From: an uncultured Candidatus Micrarchaeota archaeon
GTDB lineage: Archaea > Micrarchaeota > Micrarchaeia > Anstonellales > Bilamarchaeaceae
DNA length: 64,000 nt
Assembly (NCBI GenBank): GCA_963800555.1
Contig: CAWDBH010000010.1
Location: 104,603-168,602, forward strand
Direction: 5' to 3'
The translations under genes and the position numbers were made by a program. Below the pieces are notes generated by a model. The model saw only the letters and a list, made by a program, of their open reading frames with translations. It did not search any database and had not been told where the DNA came from. Within the stretch, counting starts at the first letter, position 1. Every line of letters begins with the position of its first letter. Positions 39,354 through 48,597 of this stretch are shown in pieces.

Positions 39354-39424
39354 TGTGGTTTTATGTATTATCCACGACTAATTGGTACGATCAATTCCTT
39401 TAAGGAACTGACTTATCTTCTTGC

Positions 39425-39454
39425 ATCGGATCAATAGCTCTTGAAGCGTGAGTC
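39425..39454 (-). other. 5' half of the 16S pre-rRNA processing stem
   Basis: See 37777-37806. Confidence 0.75.
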
Positions 39455-39672
39455 AAACCTATGAGGAATAGGTTTCCATTCGAGATGACGCATCGTGGCA
39501 TGTGTGCCACACGCGCATCGATATATAACGATACACGTATTTATAAAGGTTCCGTGCATCCGACGATGAAAACGACGATAATTATGTGCATGAGATTGAC
39601 CGACGCATCCGTGTTTCGCCCGCGGCCGAAAGATAAGGCAGGCTATATATTCATAGCCTTCCGAATCCTACC

Positions 39673-40293
39673 ATGGAAGAAGAGAAGGTCGTGCTCGATC
39701 GCAAGAGCTTCGAGGCCCTCGCGGTCGATACCCGGGTCCGCATCCTCAAATCCCTCAAACAGCGGAGGAAAACCCTCTCGGAGATCGCGCAGGAGATGAA
39801 GATGTCCGTTTCAGGAGTCAAAGAGCACCTCGAGACCTTGGAAGGTGCTGACCTAGTAAAGAAGATGGATGACGGCCACAAATGGAAATACTATGAATTG
39901 ACTAAGAAAGGCTCGGACCTCGTGGCTCCTAAGGAGCTTCGCGTGTGGGTGATCCTCTCCGTCGCGATGATAGCCTTGATAGTTTCTATGCTTTCGATAA
40001 TACCCACCCCTTCGATTTTGGCGCAGAACGGTCCTGTATCTGGCGTAGAAGCTCCGGTGGCAGCAGAACCGGTTAGCCCTCCCATCCAAGCTCAAAACAT
40101 CCAGGTAGCTCCTACGGTCATGAGCGCTGGTTTTTCATCCAATTCGTCACAGAGCGGAGCGGATACCCGGATGAACGGGAACTCTGGTATGGAACCGCCG
40201 CAGGACGATGGCGTTCCGATGCTCGTCGGCGGGATAAGCATCCTCACGATACTCGCGTGCCTGGGGATCCTAGCCATGAACCGGATTAAATGA
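39673..40293 (+). CDS. ArsR-family winged-helix regulator fused to a C-terminal membrane-spanning region
   Basis: FEALAVDTRVRILKSL...LSEIAQEMKMSVSGVKEHLETLEGADLV, followed by two hydrophobic segments. Confidence 0.8.
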   Translation: MEEEKVVLDRKSFEALAVDTRVRILKSLKQRRKTLSEIAQEMKMSVSGVKEHLETLEGADLVKKMDDGHKWKYYELTKKGSDLVAPKELRVWVILSVAMIALIVSMLSIIPTPSILAQNGPVSGVEAPVAAEPVSPPIQAQNIQVAPTVMSAGFSSNSSQSGADTRMNGNSGMEPPQDDGVPMLVGGISILTILACLGILAMNRIK

Positions 40294-40326
40294 GCATTTA
40301 TAATATTTCACCGCCACGCTTAGCAT

Positions 40327-41217
40327 ATGGACGAGCTCAAGGTGGCGGCTCCGGAATTCGAAGGGATCAAGGCGTGGATAAATTCCAAACCCCTGACGAT
40401 GGAAGGGCTGAAGGGGAAAGTGGTACTGATAGATTTCTGGACGTATACCTGCATAAATTGCATCAGGACGCTGCCGTATCTAAAAAAATGGCATGAGAAA
40501 TACGCGAAATCCGGCCTGGTGATAATCGGCGTTCATTCCCCTGAATTCGAATTCGAGAAAGATGTCGGGAATGTCCGTGAAGCCGTCAAGGACCTCAAGA
40601 TACCTTATGCGGTCGCGGTAGACAGCGACCAGAAGACATGGGATGCTTACACCAACAAGTACTGGCCAGCGAAGTACCTTGTCGATAAGAAGGGTTATGT
40701 GACGCTGGTGCATAATGGCGAGGGCGATTATTCGAGGATAGAAAAGGAGATCCAGGATGCTCTAGGCGTCAAAGGCAAGGCTGAAAACGATACTTATAAG
40801 ACATATTTGAACGACCAGAGCCCTGAGACATACGCCGGTGTGCGCATGAACTTCGGCCTTGGCTCAGGACTCGCATGCGACAAGGACGGATGCGACGTAT
40901 ATGTAGATCCTGGCGAGCATGAGCGCGACGTGATATACCCTAACGGGCAATGGGAGCAGGAAGCCGAGTTCCTCGAGCTCAAGAAAGCGCCCGGCCAGCT
41001 GACATATCAATTCAGCGCACGTCAAGTGAACGTGGTGATGGGCCCCGTAGGAGATACTGTTTCAGCCGAGATAATAATCGACGGGAAGAAGGCCAGCTCG
41101 ATAAAATTGGATGGCTACCGCATGTACACGGTATTTGATGAGAAGGACTATTCCGAGCATGAACTCACGATACTGTTCGATGGGCTCGTGAAGGTGTATG
41201 CTTATACTTTCGGCTGA
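40327..41217 (+). CDS. Thioredoxin-like redoxin (DipZ C-terminal-like)
   Basis: VLIDFWTYTCINCIRTLPYL CxxC motif with a beta-rich C-terminal extension. Confidence 0.8.
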   Translation: MDELKVAAPEFEGIKAWINSKPLTMEGLKGKVVLIDFWTYTCINCIRTLPYLKKWHEKYAKSGLVIIGVHSPEFEFEKDVGNVREAVKDLKIPYAVAVDSDQKTWDAYTNKYWPAKYLVDKKGYVTLVHNGEGDYSRIEKEIQDALGVKGKAENDTYKTYLNDQSPETYAGVRMNFGLGSGLACDKDGCDVYVDPGEHERDVIYPNGQWEQEAEFLELKKAPGQLTYQFSARQVNVVMGPVGDTVSAEIIIDGKKASSIKLDGYRMYTVFDEKDYSEHELTILFDGLVKVYAYTFG

Positions 41218-41819
41218 GCCCATTCCGCGATGGCCAAGAGCCTTTGTATTATCGTCACCAAAGAGAGCGCGGACGCGAGTATGATAGCGTAGACGAAATA
41301 CTGCATCGAGAAAATGATGCCTATCACGAGCCCGATGATTATCAGACCAATCCGCTCGCTCCGTTCGAACACACCTCCGAGAGCGAGAGCCTTGTCGCTC
41401 TTGATGATCCTTTTATGGTCAGCATAGGCCCGGATGAAAGACGGCATGCAGGTCCCCAGGAATACGAGGGATGCGAGCCAGATCCTCGAGTCCATCAATA
41501 TGGTGGGGAGCGGGACGAACATGAAAGAGAACAAGAAAATCGCTTCTACGAATCGGTCCACTACGCCGTCTATGAACCCGCCGAGCGCGCTCACCTCGCC
41601 TCTCGCCCTTGCGACCGCACCATCGATCAAATCCATGATGCCGGCGGCTGCGAAAAGCGCCAGGCCGAACGGGAGGTTGCCGTAAGCTATCGCCGCCCCA
41701 GCTGCCAGAGCGACGAATAGGGATAGAATAGTCCACTGGTTCGGGGTGAGCGGTATGATCGCCAGCGCCTTGCCTATGGACGATTGCAGCCCGCGGGCGT
41801 TCGCATCCTGTTTGAGCAT
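41202..41819 (-). CDS. CDP-alcohol phosphatidyltransferase family protein
   Basis: DLIDGAVARARGEVSALGGFIDGVVDR matches D-G-x2-A-R-x8-G-x3-D-x3-D. Confidence 0.88.
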   Translation of the reverse strand: MLKQDANARGLQSSIGKALAIIPLTPNQWTILSLFVALAAGAAIAYGNLPFGLALFAAAGIMDLIDGAVARARGEVSALGGFIDGVVDRFVEAIFLFSFMFVPLPTILMDSRIWLASLVFLGTCMPSFIRAYADHKRIIKSDKALALGGVFERSERIGLIIIGLVIGIIFSMQYFVYAIILASALSLVTIIQRLLAIAEWAQPKV

Positions 41820-41849
41820 TGTTGGATATTCTTGGGATAATATTAAAAA

Positions 41850-42194
41850 TCAGAGAAGTTCCCCGATTATTGATGCGACTTCCTTCACGATCAGCCGCGC
41901 ATCATGATTCTCAGGCACGGCTATGACCTTCACGGAATCTATCGAAGAGAGATTCTTGAGAATGCGCAGCATAGACACAGCATGGGAAGCGTCATGGAGA
42001 TAACCGCTGTCCAGGCTATCCAATAGTATCGTCCTCTTCACCGAAGGGATTGTGTCTATGACAATCAAGCGACGGCCTTCGTCCTCGATATCTTCATCAG
42101 CCCTGCATTTGCGGAATCCGATGGCGGGGAAAGATTTCCTGAGGCTGGCCAGGACGACGTCCTCCTCATCAAGACGGAAAACCAGCACCCGCAT
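41850..42194 (-). CDS. Hypothetical protein (114 aa)
   Basis: ORF only. Confidence 0.45.
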   Translation of the reverse strand: MRVLVFRLDEEDVVLASLRKSFPAIGFRKCRADEDIEDEGRRLIVIDTIPSVKRTILLDSLDSGYLHDASHAVSMLRILKNLSSIDSVKVIAVPENHDARLIVKEVASIIGELL

Positions 42195-42219
42195 GCGTAT
42201 ATATTAGATGAAAAAGTTA

Positions 42220-42462
42220 TTATTTCAGATTGAGGAGGGCTTTCAGCTTCACATCATCGAATCCTATCACGATGTCCTTGCCAACGAGGATGACCGGTAT
42301 CCCGCTCTGCCCGCTTTTCTCTATAGCCTCTTGGGCATAGACTGGGTCATCCACATCGCGCTTCTCGAATTTCACTTTCTTCTCTGTAAGGAACTCCATC
42401 GCCTTGTGGCACCAGGGACACCAGTCAGCCGTATAGACGATAACCTTCTTTCTTGTTGCCAT
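42220..42462 (-). CDS. Glutaredoxin-like protein (CPWC)
   Basis: VIVYTADWCPWCHKAMEFL. Confidence 0.85.
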   Translation of the reverse strand: MATRKKVIVYTADWCPWCHKAMEFLTEKKVKFEKRDVDDPVYAQEAIEKSGQSGIPVILVGKDIVIGFDDVKLKALLNLK

Positions 42463-42525
42463 GGCAAATAAAAACAGCTAAACATTATATATTATTCCAT
42501 CCCCATAAAATCTAGTCTGATTCAA

Positions 42526-44277
42526 ATGGTCGTACGCGTAGCGGTTATAGACAGGGACGTCTGCACGAATATTAAATGCGGATACGTCTGCGAGAAGGTC
42601 TGCCCACCGAACAGGATGGGCGAGGAATGCATCGTTACTGAGAAGGAGACCGTTTTCCCGGTTATTTCCGAACCCCTCTGCATCGGCTGCGGGCTCTGCG
42701 TGAAGAAATGCCCTGTATCATGCATATCCATCGTGAACCTGGCGCAGGAACTGGCAGAACCTATCTACCAGTACGGCACCAACACATTCAGGCTCTACGG
42801 CCTCCCGCTTCCCATGGACGGAGCGGTGTCTCTCGTCGGCAAGAACGGCATCGGAAAGACGACCGCCATAAAGCTGCTCACCCGGCAGGTCAGGCCTAAT
42901 TTCGGCACCAGCAGGATGAAGCTCACTGATGAAGACATAGACCAGCGGCTGACCATGGATGTCAAACGCTATTTCGCGAAGACTCGTGAAGGGCTGAAAG
43001 TCAGCGTGAAACCGCAGCATATAGACAAGGTGCGTGATGCCTTCTATGGCACCGTGGGCGATCTGCTCTCGAAAGTCGCTGGCAAAGGCAAGGTCGCGCA
43101 GACCGCGAAGCTCTTCAAGCTCGAGGAGACGCTTGAGAGGAGAGTGTCGCAGCTCTCCGGAGGCGAGCTCCAGAAGGTCTCCATCGCCGCGTCGTACATG
43201 AAGAACGCGGACATCTACTATTTCGACGAGGTCACGAACTACCTGGATATAGAAGAGAGATTGCGCGTCGCGGTCATCCTCAAGGACCTTGCCGAAGAGA
43301 AAAACGTGATGATGGCCGAGCACGACCTCACCATACTCGATTATGTCAGCAGCTATGTCCACGTGCTCTATGGGGACGAGAACGTATACGGCGTGGTCTC
43401 CGGAGTGAAGAACGTGCGCGGCGGCATCAACGAATACATATCCGGATATCTGAAGGATGAGAACGTGCGCTTCAGATCGTACGAGATCGCGTTCAGCAAG
43501 CATAGCGAAGGCGAGATAAAGACGCCGACCCTGGTGAAATACGAGGCCCTGAAGAGGGCGTACACGGGATTCACGTTCACGAGCGAACCGGGCGAGATAA
43601 AGAAGGGCGAGATACTCGGGCTGGTCGGGAAGAACGCGCTCGGGAAATCCACGTTCGTGAAGATGCTCGTGGGCGTAGAGAAAACCGACGAAGGCGAGCA
43701 GCTTCCGCTCAGAGTCTCCTACAAGCCGCAGTATATCACGGCCGAGGATGTCGAAGTATCCGAACTGTTCGCCGGGAAAAGCTTGAATGGCATGATATTC
43801 GAGGATTGCAAACGTAGGCTAGGGGTCGGGAAATTCATGGACAAGAAGCTCACTGAATTATCTGGCGGCGAATTGCAACGGGTCGCCCTCACGCTCGCGA
43901 TATCGCAGGACGCCGATATCTACCTGTTCGACGAACCGAGCGCATTCCTGGACATAGAGCAGAGGTTCGAATTCGCGGGATTGCTGAGGAAAGTGATAAG
44001 CGAGAGCGACAAGGCCGCGTTCGTCGTGGACCACGACATAGTCTTCATAGACGCGATAGCTAACAGGCTGATAGTGTTCGACGGGAAAAGCTCGGTCAAC
44101 GGCCACGCGTCCGCTCCGCTTAACAAGAGGAACGGGATGAACGGATTCCTGAAAGTCGCCGGGATAACGATGAGGCGCGACAAGGATACGAACAGACCCA
44201 GGATAAACAAACCCGGAAGCCAACTGGATACTGAGCAGAAGGCGAGCGGGGAATACTTCTATCATGATATCAGATGA
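42526..44277 (+). CDS. ABCE1 (RNase L inhibitor) ribosome-recycling ATPase
   Basis: N-terminal 2x[4Fe-4S] Cys clusters (CEKVCPPN, CIGCGLCVKKCP) and two ABC cassettes (GKNGIGKTT, GKNALGKST). Confidence 0.95.
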   Translation: MVVRVAVIDRDVCTNIKCGYVCEKVCPPNRMGEECIVTEKETVFPVISEPLCIGCGLCVKKCPVSCISIVNLAQELAEPIYQYGTNTFRLYGLPLPMDGAVSLVGKNGIGKTTAIKLLTRQVRPNFGTSRMKLTDEDIDQRLTMDVKRYFAKTREGLKVSVKPQHIDKVRDAFYGTVGDLLSKVAGKGKVAQTAKLFKLEETLERRVSQLSGGELQKVSIAASYMKNADIYYFDEVTNYLDIEERLRVAVILKDLAEEKNVMMAEHDLTILDYVSSYVHVLYGDENVYGVVSGVKNVRGGINEYISGYLKDENVRFRSYEIAFSKHSEGEIKTPTLVKYEALKRAYTGFTFTSEPGEIKKGEILGLVGKNALGKSTFVKMLVGVEKTDEGEQLPLRVSYKPQYITAEDVEVSELFAGKSLNGMIFEDCKRRLGVGKFMDKKLTELSGGELQRVALTLAISQDADIYLFDEPSAFLDIEQRFEFAGLLRKVISESDKAAFVVDHDIVFIDAIANRLIVFDGKSSVNGHASAPLNKRNGMNGFLKVAGITMRRDKDTNRPRINKPGSQLDTEQKASGEYFYHDIR

Positions 44278-44506
44278 TCTTCAATACCTCTTTCATCGTC
44301 TTGACATTGAATCCTATCATTATTTTTCCGTCAATATCCACGACCGGTAAGGCGTATCCGCCGCTCTTCTTGAACACCTCGTCTGCGTAAGCGCGGTTCA
44401 GATCAGCGTTGCGCTCCTCGAACTGGATGTCGTTCTGCTTCAGGAAATCCTTGACCTTGACGCACCAGGGGCAGTCGTTCTTCGAATAGACGATGACATT
44501 TGGCAT
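44270..44506 (-). CDS. Glutaredoxin-like protein (CPWC), paralog of 42220..42462
   Basis: VIVYSKNDCPWCVKVKDFL. Overlaps the ABCE1 3' end convergently by 8 nt. Confidence 0.85.
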   Translation of the reverse strand: MPNVIVYSKNDCPWCVKVKDFLKQNDIQFEERNADLNRAYADEVFKKSGGYALPVVDIDGKIMIGFNVKTMKEVLKII

Positions 44507-44559
44507 GGAATCAATGAGCGCGACAAAACTTAAAAGCCAATACGGAGAAGCCTTTCTTC

Positions 44560-45474
44560 ATGAAAGAGCTCAGCAAGATCTGGATGCACGGGAAGTTCGT
44601 CGACTGGAAAGATGCCAAGATACACGTCCTCACGCACGGCCTCCATTACGGCACTGCTATTTTCGAGGGGATGCGATGCTACGACACCCCGAACGGGCCT
44701 GCTATATTCAGGATGGACGACCACTTCACGAGATTCTTCCAGGGTGTGAAATCATACCAGTTCGAAGTCAAATACACGAAGGAGCATCTCAAGGAGGTCA
44801 CCCGGGAGCTTGTACGGAAGAACAAGGTGAGAAGCTGCTACATCCGTCCGATCGGATATGTCGGATATTCCTCTATAGGCATAACTACTGTGGACAAACC
44901 GTTCGATGTCTCGATCATCCCGGTCGATATGGGGAAGTATTTCGGCCCGAAGGCTGAGCAGGGGATCTCGTGCTGCGTATCGAGCTGGAGAAGGATAAGC
45001 GCGAACATACTATCCCCTCATGTCAAAGCGAGCGCGAATTACATGAACTCGGTCCTGGCCAAGCACGAGGCGACGAATTCCGGCTATGACGAGGCCGTGA
45101 TGCTGACGCAGGAGGGTCACGTCTCCGAAGGGACCGGCGAGAATGTCTTCATCGTCCAGAACGGAGTCCTGGTGACGCCGCCGCTCTACGATGGCGTGCT
45201 CGCGGGCATAACCAGGCAGACGATCATGGAGCTGGCTTATGAGATGGGCATCCCGGTCCGCGAGAGGCCGATACTGCGCGATGAGCTCTACTCAGCGGAA
45301 GAGATGTTCCTCTGCGGCACCGCGGCCGAGATAACCCCGGTCCTGGAAGTGGACCGTAGGAAGATAAGCGAGGGTCCAGGTCCGATAACTAAGATGATGA
45401 GGGAAACATTCTTCGATGTCGCGAGAGGCAAGGACGAGCGGTTCATACGCTGGCTGGATTTCGTGAAGCCATAA
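44560..45474 (+). CDS. ilvE: Branched-chain amino acid aminotransferase
   Basis: HGLHYGTAIFEGMR, EGTGENVFIV, and the class IV PLP fold throughout. Confidence 0.92.
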   Translation: MKELSKIWMHGKFVDWKDAKIHVLTHGLHYGTAIFEGMRCYDTPNGPAIFRMDDHFTRFFQGVKSYQFEVKYTKEHLKEVTRELVRKNKVRSCYIRPIGYVGYSSIGITTVDKPFDVSIIPVDMGKYFGPKAEQGISCCVSSWRRISANILSPHVKASANYMNSVLAKHEATNSGYDEAVMLTQEGHVSEGTGENVFIVQNGVLVTPPLYDGVLAGITRQTIMELAYEMGIPVRERPILRDELYSAEEMFLCGTAAEITPVLEVDRRKISEGPGPITKMMRETFFDVARGKDERFIRWLDFVKP

Positions 45475-45569
45475 CGTTTTTCATGATTACGAAGGTACTC
45501 TGGTGATTTCTGAGATTCGGAGTCGTTTGAATAGTGGAAATGTGTTAAAATTGTTCGTTCTATACTCAA

Positions 45570-45776
45570 GTGCGAGAAACTATGACAGATGATTCGCCAA
45601 AGATTGTTACAAATAAAAATGACCCTGATACGGTTGAAGAATCTACTAGTAAAGAGCGTAATACAATTCAAGATAGCAAGAAGACACGACCAATGGTGTC
45701 GATGAACAAAATCATAACGATAATTACAATATACTTCAGTTTTTTAGCGATAAATCTACTTCAATACTTGCAATAG
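45570..45776 (+). CDS. Hypothetical small protein with hydrophobic C-terminus (AT-rich island)
   Basis: ORF only. May be the 5' part of a frame-disrupted gene together with 45791..46297. Confidence 0.35.
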   Translation: MRETMTDDSPKIVTNKNDPDTVEESTSKERNTIQDSKKTRPMVSMNKIITIITIYFSFLAINLLQYLQ

Positions 45777-45790
45777 CAACATTAGGACTT

Positions 45791-46297
45791 GTGTTTGCAA
45801 CAGTTATGCTGTATCTGGCAACTCAATCATATACTTTTCAGACAGAAAGACTAGCTAACGTAACCGAATTTAATGTCGACCTTACTTCACGCCCATACCT
45901 GTCTATAAGAAATCCTAGAATCAATTTTGTCGGGCAATCTCCCGAATGTTATCTTTACCAGTTAACAATTGATTTGGCCAATGCAGGTTCTGTTCCGTTA
46001 GATTTCAATATTACTGCTAACAATTCAGCTAATGGAATTTTAGAAAATAGTGAAGTTAGCATAAATAAATTTGTACTATTTCCTACAGAGAGCACTACAA
46101 TTTTCTTCCCACCTACTTGCACCAAATTACAAACTTTAGACAATAATACGGTTCTTGGTATTTGGGATAAAGAAGTACTAGTAGATGTTAAAGTAGATTA
46201 CAACAGAATAAATGATTCTATAGCGTACTATAGAACTCTAGTAGTTCAATTTTATAACCCTGACGCGTACTATTTAATCAACCAATCTGCTAATTGA
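45791..46297 (+). CDS. Hypothetical secreted/membrane protein (AT-rich island)
   Basis: The frame is open from 45677 and encodes the TM-like STSILAIATLGLVFATVMLYLA, but it has no ATG before 45806. Confidence 0.45.
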   Translation: MFATVMLYLATQSYTFQTERLANVTEFNVDLTSRPYLSIRNPRINFVGQSPECYLYQLTIDLANAGSVPLDFNITANNSANGILENSEVSINKFVLFPTESTTIFFPPTCTKLQTLDNNTVLGIWDKEVLVDVKVDYNRINDSIAYYRTLVVQFYNPDAYYLINQSAN

Positions 46298-46498
46298 GAG
46301 ATAAGAGACGTACAAGAACAGATAGCGAATAACTGACATAAGATATGCCAGAAGTGAAACGGGCAATTCTCCAGGATTATCTAGACGAATCATCGTGGAT
46401 TGGAAAATATTTTGTCGAATTCCTTAATCTTCTCTAGAGGATCACCGCCACGGTCTGAATTTAAAAACATATCCGACATGAAACTGGTATAACCTTAC

Positions 46499-46609
46499 GG
46501 GGTCGTGGGCTAACCTGGTAGACTGGAGCCTTCGGGTGAATCTTGCGACATCTAAATGTTCAAGCTTCAGTAAAAGGCTTTGATCTGTGTTCAAATCACG
46601 GCGACCCCA
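46499..46609 (+). tRNA. tRNA-Pro(CGG) with a ~38-nt intron at or next to position 37/38 (alternative register reads Arg-UCG)
   Basis: GGGGTCG...CGACCCC-A acceptor stem, CTGTG-TTCAAAT-CACGG T-arm, and anticodon stem GAGCC/GGCTT around TTCGGG-[intron]-A. The 5' half resembles the archaeal Pro pattern GGGGyCGTGGGGTAGCCTGG. Confidence 0.8.
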
Positions 46610-46665
46610 ATTCTTACTTCTGCGCAATAGCAATATTTCTAATCCTTATCAGCATATTCAGAAGC

Positions 46666-46863
46666 ATGGATATCATAAGCGATCTGGGCCCCCAGGATAA
46701 ACATTTCAGGATGGTCGCGAGAACACAGGATATATCGGAAGCAAACCGTATCTCCGACCAATATGCCATGCAGGGATTCGATGTCAGGATAGTCAAGAAA
46801 GCGCAGGGCAATCTAGCGATATATGAGGTCTGGATCGCCAAAGCCCCCGATATATTATCGTAG
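46666..46863 (+). CDS. Hypothetical small protein (65 aa)
   Basis: Start moved downstream of the tRNA to MDIISDLG; the track ORF runs through the tRNA gene. Confidence 0.4.
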   Translation: MDIISDLGPQDKHFRMVARTQDISEANRISDQYAMQGFDVRIVKKAQGNLAIYEVWIAKAPDILS

Positions 46864-47027
46864 TTACAGATAGACCCTCTTTCTAGGATATGATATGTGA
46901 TTTTACACAATAATAATGCCATACTCTTATGATAAATGATACGTAAAAACATAATCTATATAAATAGTTCCAATTCTATTCTATATTGACTGAGGATTGG
47001 TTGGGAAGCATAAGAGGGAGGGATTGA

Positions 47028-47687
47028 ATGTCATATTCATGCGGATCGACAGGTGTCATCTCCGAGTCATTCATGCACGAATTCGACTCGGCTCTCCACG
47101 AGGGAATATCTAGGTTGACCGAGCTGAGCGGAGATACGCTGGCGTTCATAGAAGCGCAAAGGATACTGGATGTGAAGTTCACAGAAATCATAAGAAGATG
47201 GGACCCGCCGAGGGCCGAAAAGGAGGAAGCCAGAAAGAAGGCGATAACGCTCATCGGGGATGTCATCGTTCAAAATGGCGTGCATGTCGTCATCGAATCC
47301 GACCCACGGAATCTGTGCATTAACCTCATGAGGGCTAGCGGTGGTTATCCCGATGATGGGGTACACGTTATCAGATTGGATCATTTAGTCGAAGATACGC
47401 TGATACATCTGGAACACCACGGATTCTCGCCCAAGGAAGCCGAGGCCCTCGTCCATTGCCTTATAGGCTTTGGGACGACGGATATCGGAAAGATAATCGA
47501 TACGATGGGCGAGGAGAACAGCATCAAATATGTTTCGTTCCTCAGGTTCCTCAAAGAGAACGGCCATGCAGCAATATCGAATAGGGCATCCAATATCCTA
47601 GAGAACACGCTTTCTGTGCAATCAATAGCCAAACCTGACACGCCGAGAAGTCCATCGAGACCATTGCGGAGCCTCAGGCACAGCTAA
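47028..47687 (+). CDS. Hypothetical protein (219 aa)
   Basis: ORF only. Confidence 0.5.
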   Translation: MSYSCGSTGVISESFMHEFDSALHEGISRLTELSGDTLAFIEAQRILDVKFTEIIRRWDPPRAEKEEARKKAITLIGDVIVQNGVHVVIESDPRNLCINLMRASGGYPDDGVHVIRLDHLVEDTLIHLEHHGFSPKEAEALVHCLIGFGTTDIGKIIDTMGEENSIKYVSFLRFLKENGHAAISNRASNILENTLSVQSIAKPDTPRSPSRPLRSLRHS

Positions 47688-47705
47688 AAATATTCCAATC
47701 GTATT

Positions 47706-48575
47706 ATGCCCATGGGCAAAGTCCGCATCAGATATGCACGGAACGAGAACACAGAACGCATCGAAAGCATGGAATTGCATTCGGTCTGCCAAAGCGCCCA
47801 TTGCCCTAATAGGAGCGAGTGCTGGTCCTCAGGGACCGCGACATTCATGGTCCTAGGCGAATATTGCACACGTGCCTGCAGATTCTGCGCGATCAAGACA
47901 TCTGCGAATCCGCCGCCTCCTGATCCGGACGAACCGCGCAGGCTCGCGGACGCGGTTTTCTCGCTCGGACTGAGATATTGCGTCATCACATCTGTCACGA
48001 GGGATGATCTTCCTGATGGCGGCTCAGGACATATAGCCGATTGCATACGGGCCCTCCGTACGAAGATGCCTGGATTGATAATAGAGGTCCTCGTGCCGGA
48101 TTTCAAGGCTGATAAGAAAGCCATCATGAACATCTTAGATGCTAAACCAGAAGTGGTATCGCATAATATCGAGACGGTCGAGAGATTGACGCCGCGGATC
48201 AGGGATCGAAGAGCGGGTTACGAGCAATCGCTCGAAACGCTGCGGCTCTATCGCGAGCTGTCAAAAAATACCATAACGAAATCCGGATTGATGGTCGGTT
48301 TCGGCGAGAGCGATATCGAAGTTGAGAAAACCATGGCAGATCTGCGTTCGGCAGGGGTCGAGATACTGACGATCGGCCAATACCTGCAGCCATCCTCGAG
48401 AAATGCTCCTGTGGAAGAGTACGTGGAAGAGAACAGATTCAAATCCTACGAGCAGAAAGCGTATCAATCAGGATTCAGATACGTCGCGTCAGGGCCCCTT
48501 GTGAGGAGCTCTTACCGCGCAGCAGAACCTTTCATCAAAGGAACGCTCTCCAGAGCGAATGGTAATCTTATTTAA
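47706..48575 (+). CDS. lipA: Lipoyl synthase
   Basis: CPNRSECW auxiliary cluster motif and the radical-SAM CTRACRFC motif. Confidence 0.93.
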   Translation: MPMGKVRIRYARNENTERIESMELHSVCQSAHCPNRSECWSSGTATFMVLGEYCTRACRFCAIKTSANPPPPDPDEPRRLADAVFSLGLRYCVITSVTRDDLPDGGSGHIADCIRALRTKMPGLIIEVLVPDFKADKKAIMNILDAKPEVVSHNIETVERLTPRIRDRRAGYEQSLETLRLYRELSKNTITKSGLMVGFGESDIEVEKTMADLRSAGVEILTIGQYLQPSSRNAPVEEYVEENRFKSYEQKAYQSGFRYVASGPLVRSSYRAAEPFIKGTLSRANGNLI

Positions 48576-48597
48576 ATTTCTCTGGCTTACTGGAGGT

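Noticed and set aside
42718-43503. 261-aa minus-strand ORF
   Set aside because: Antisense to ABCE1.
45480-46498. Integrated element using tRNA-Pro as its attachment site
   Set aside because: I found no duplicated fragment of the tRNA at the distal boundary and no integrase gene.
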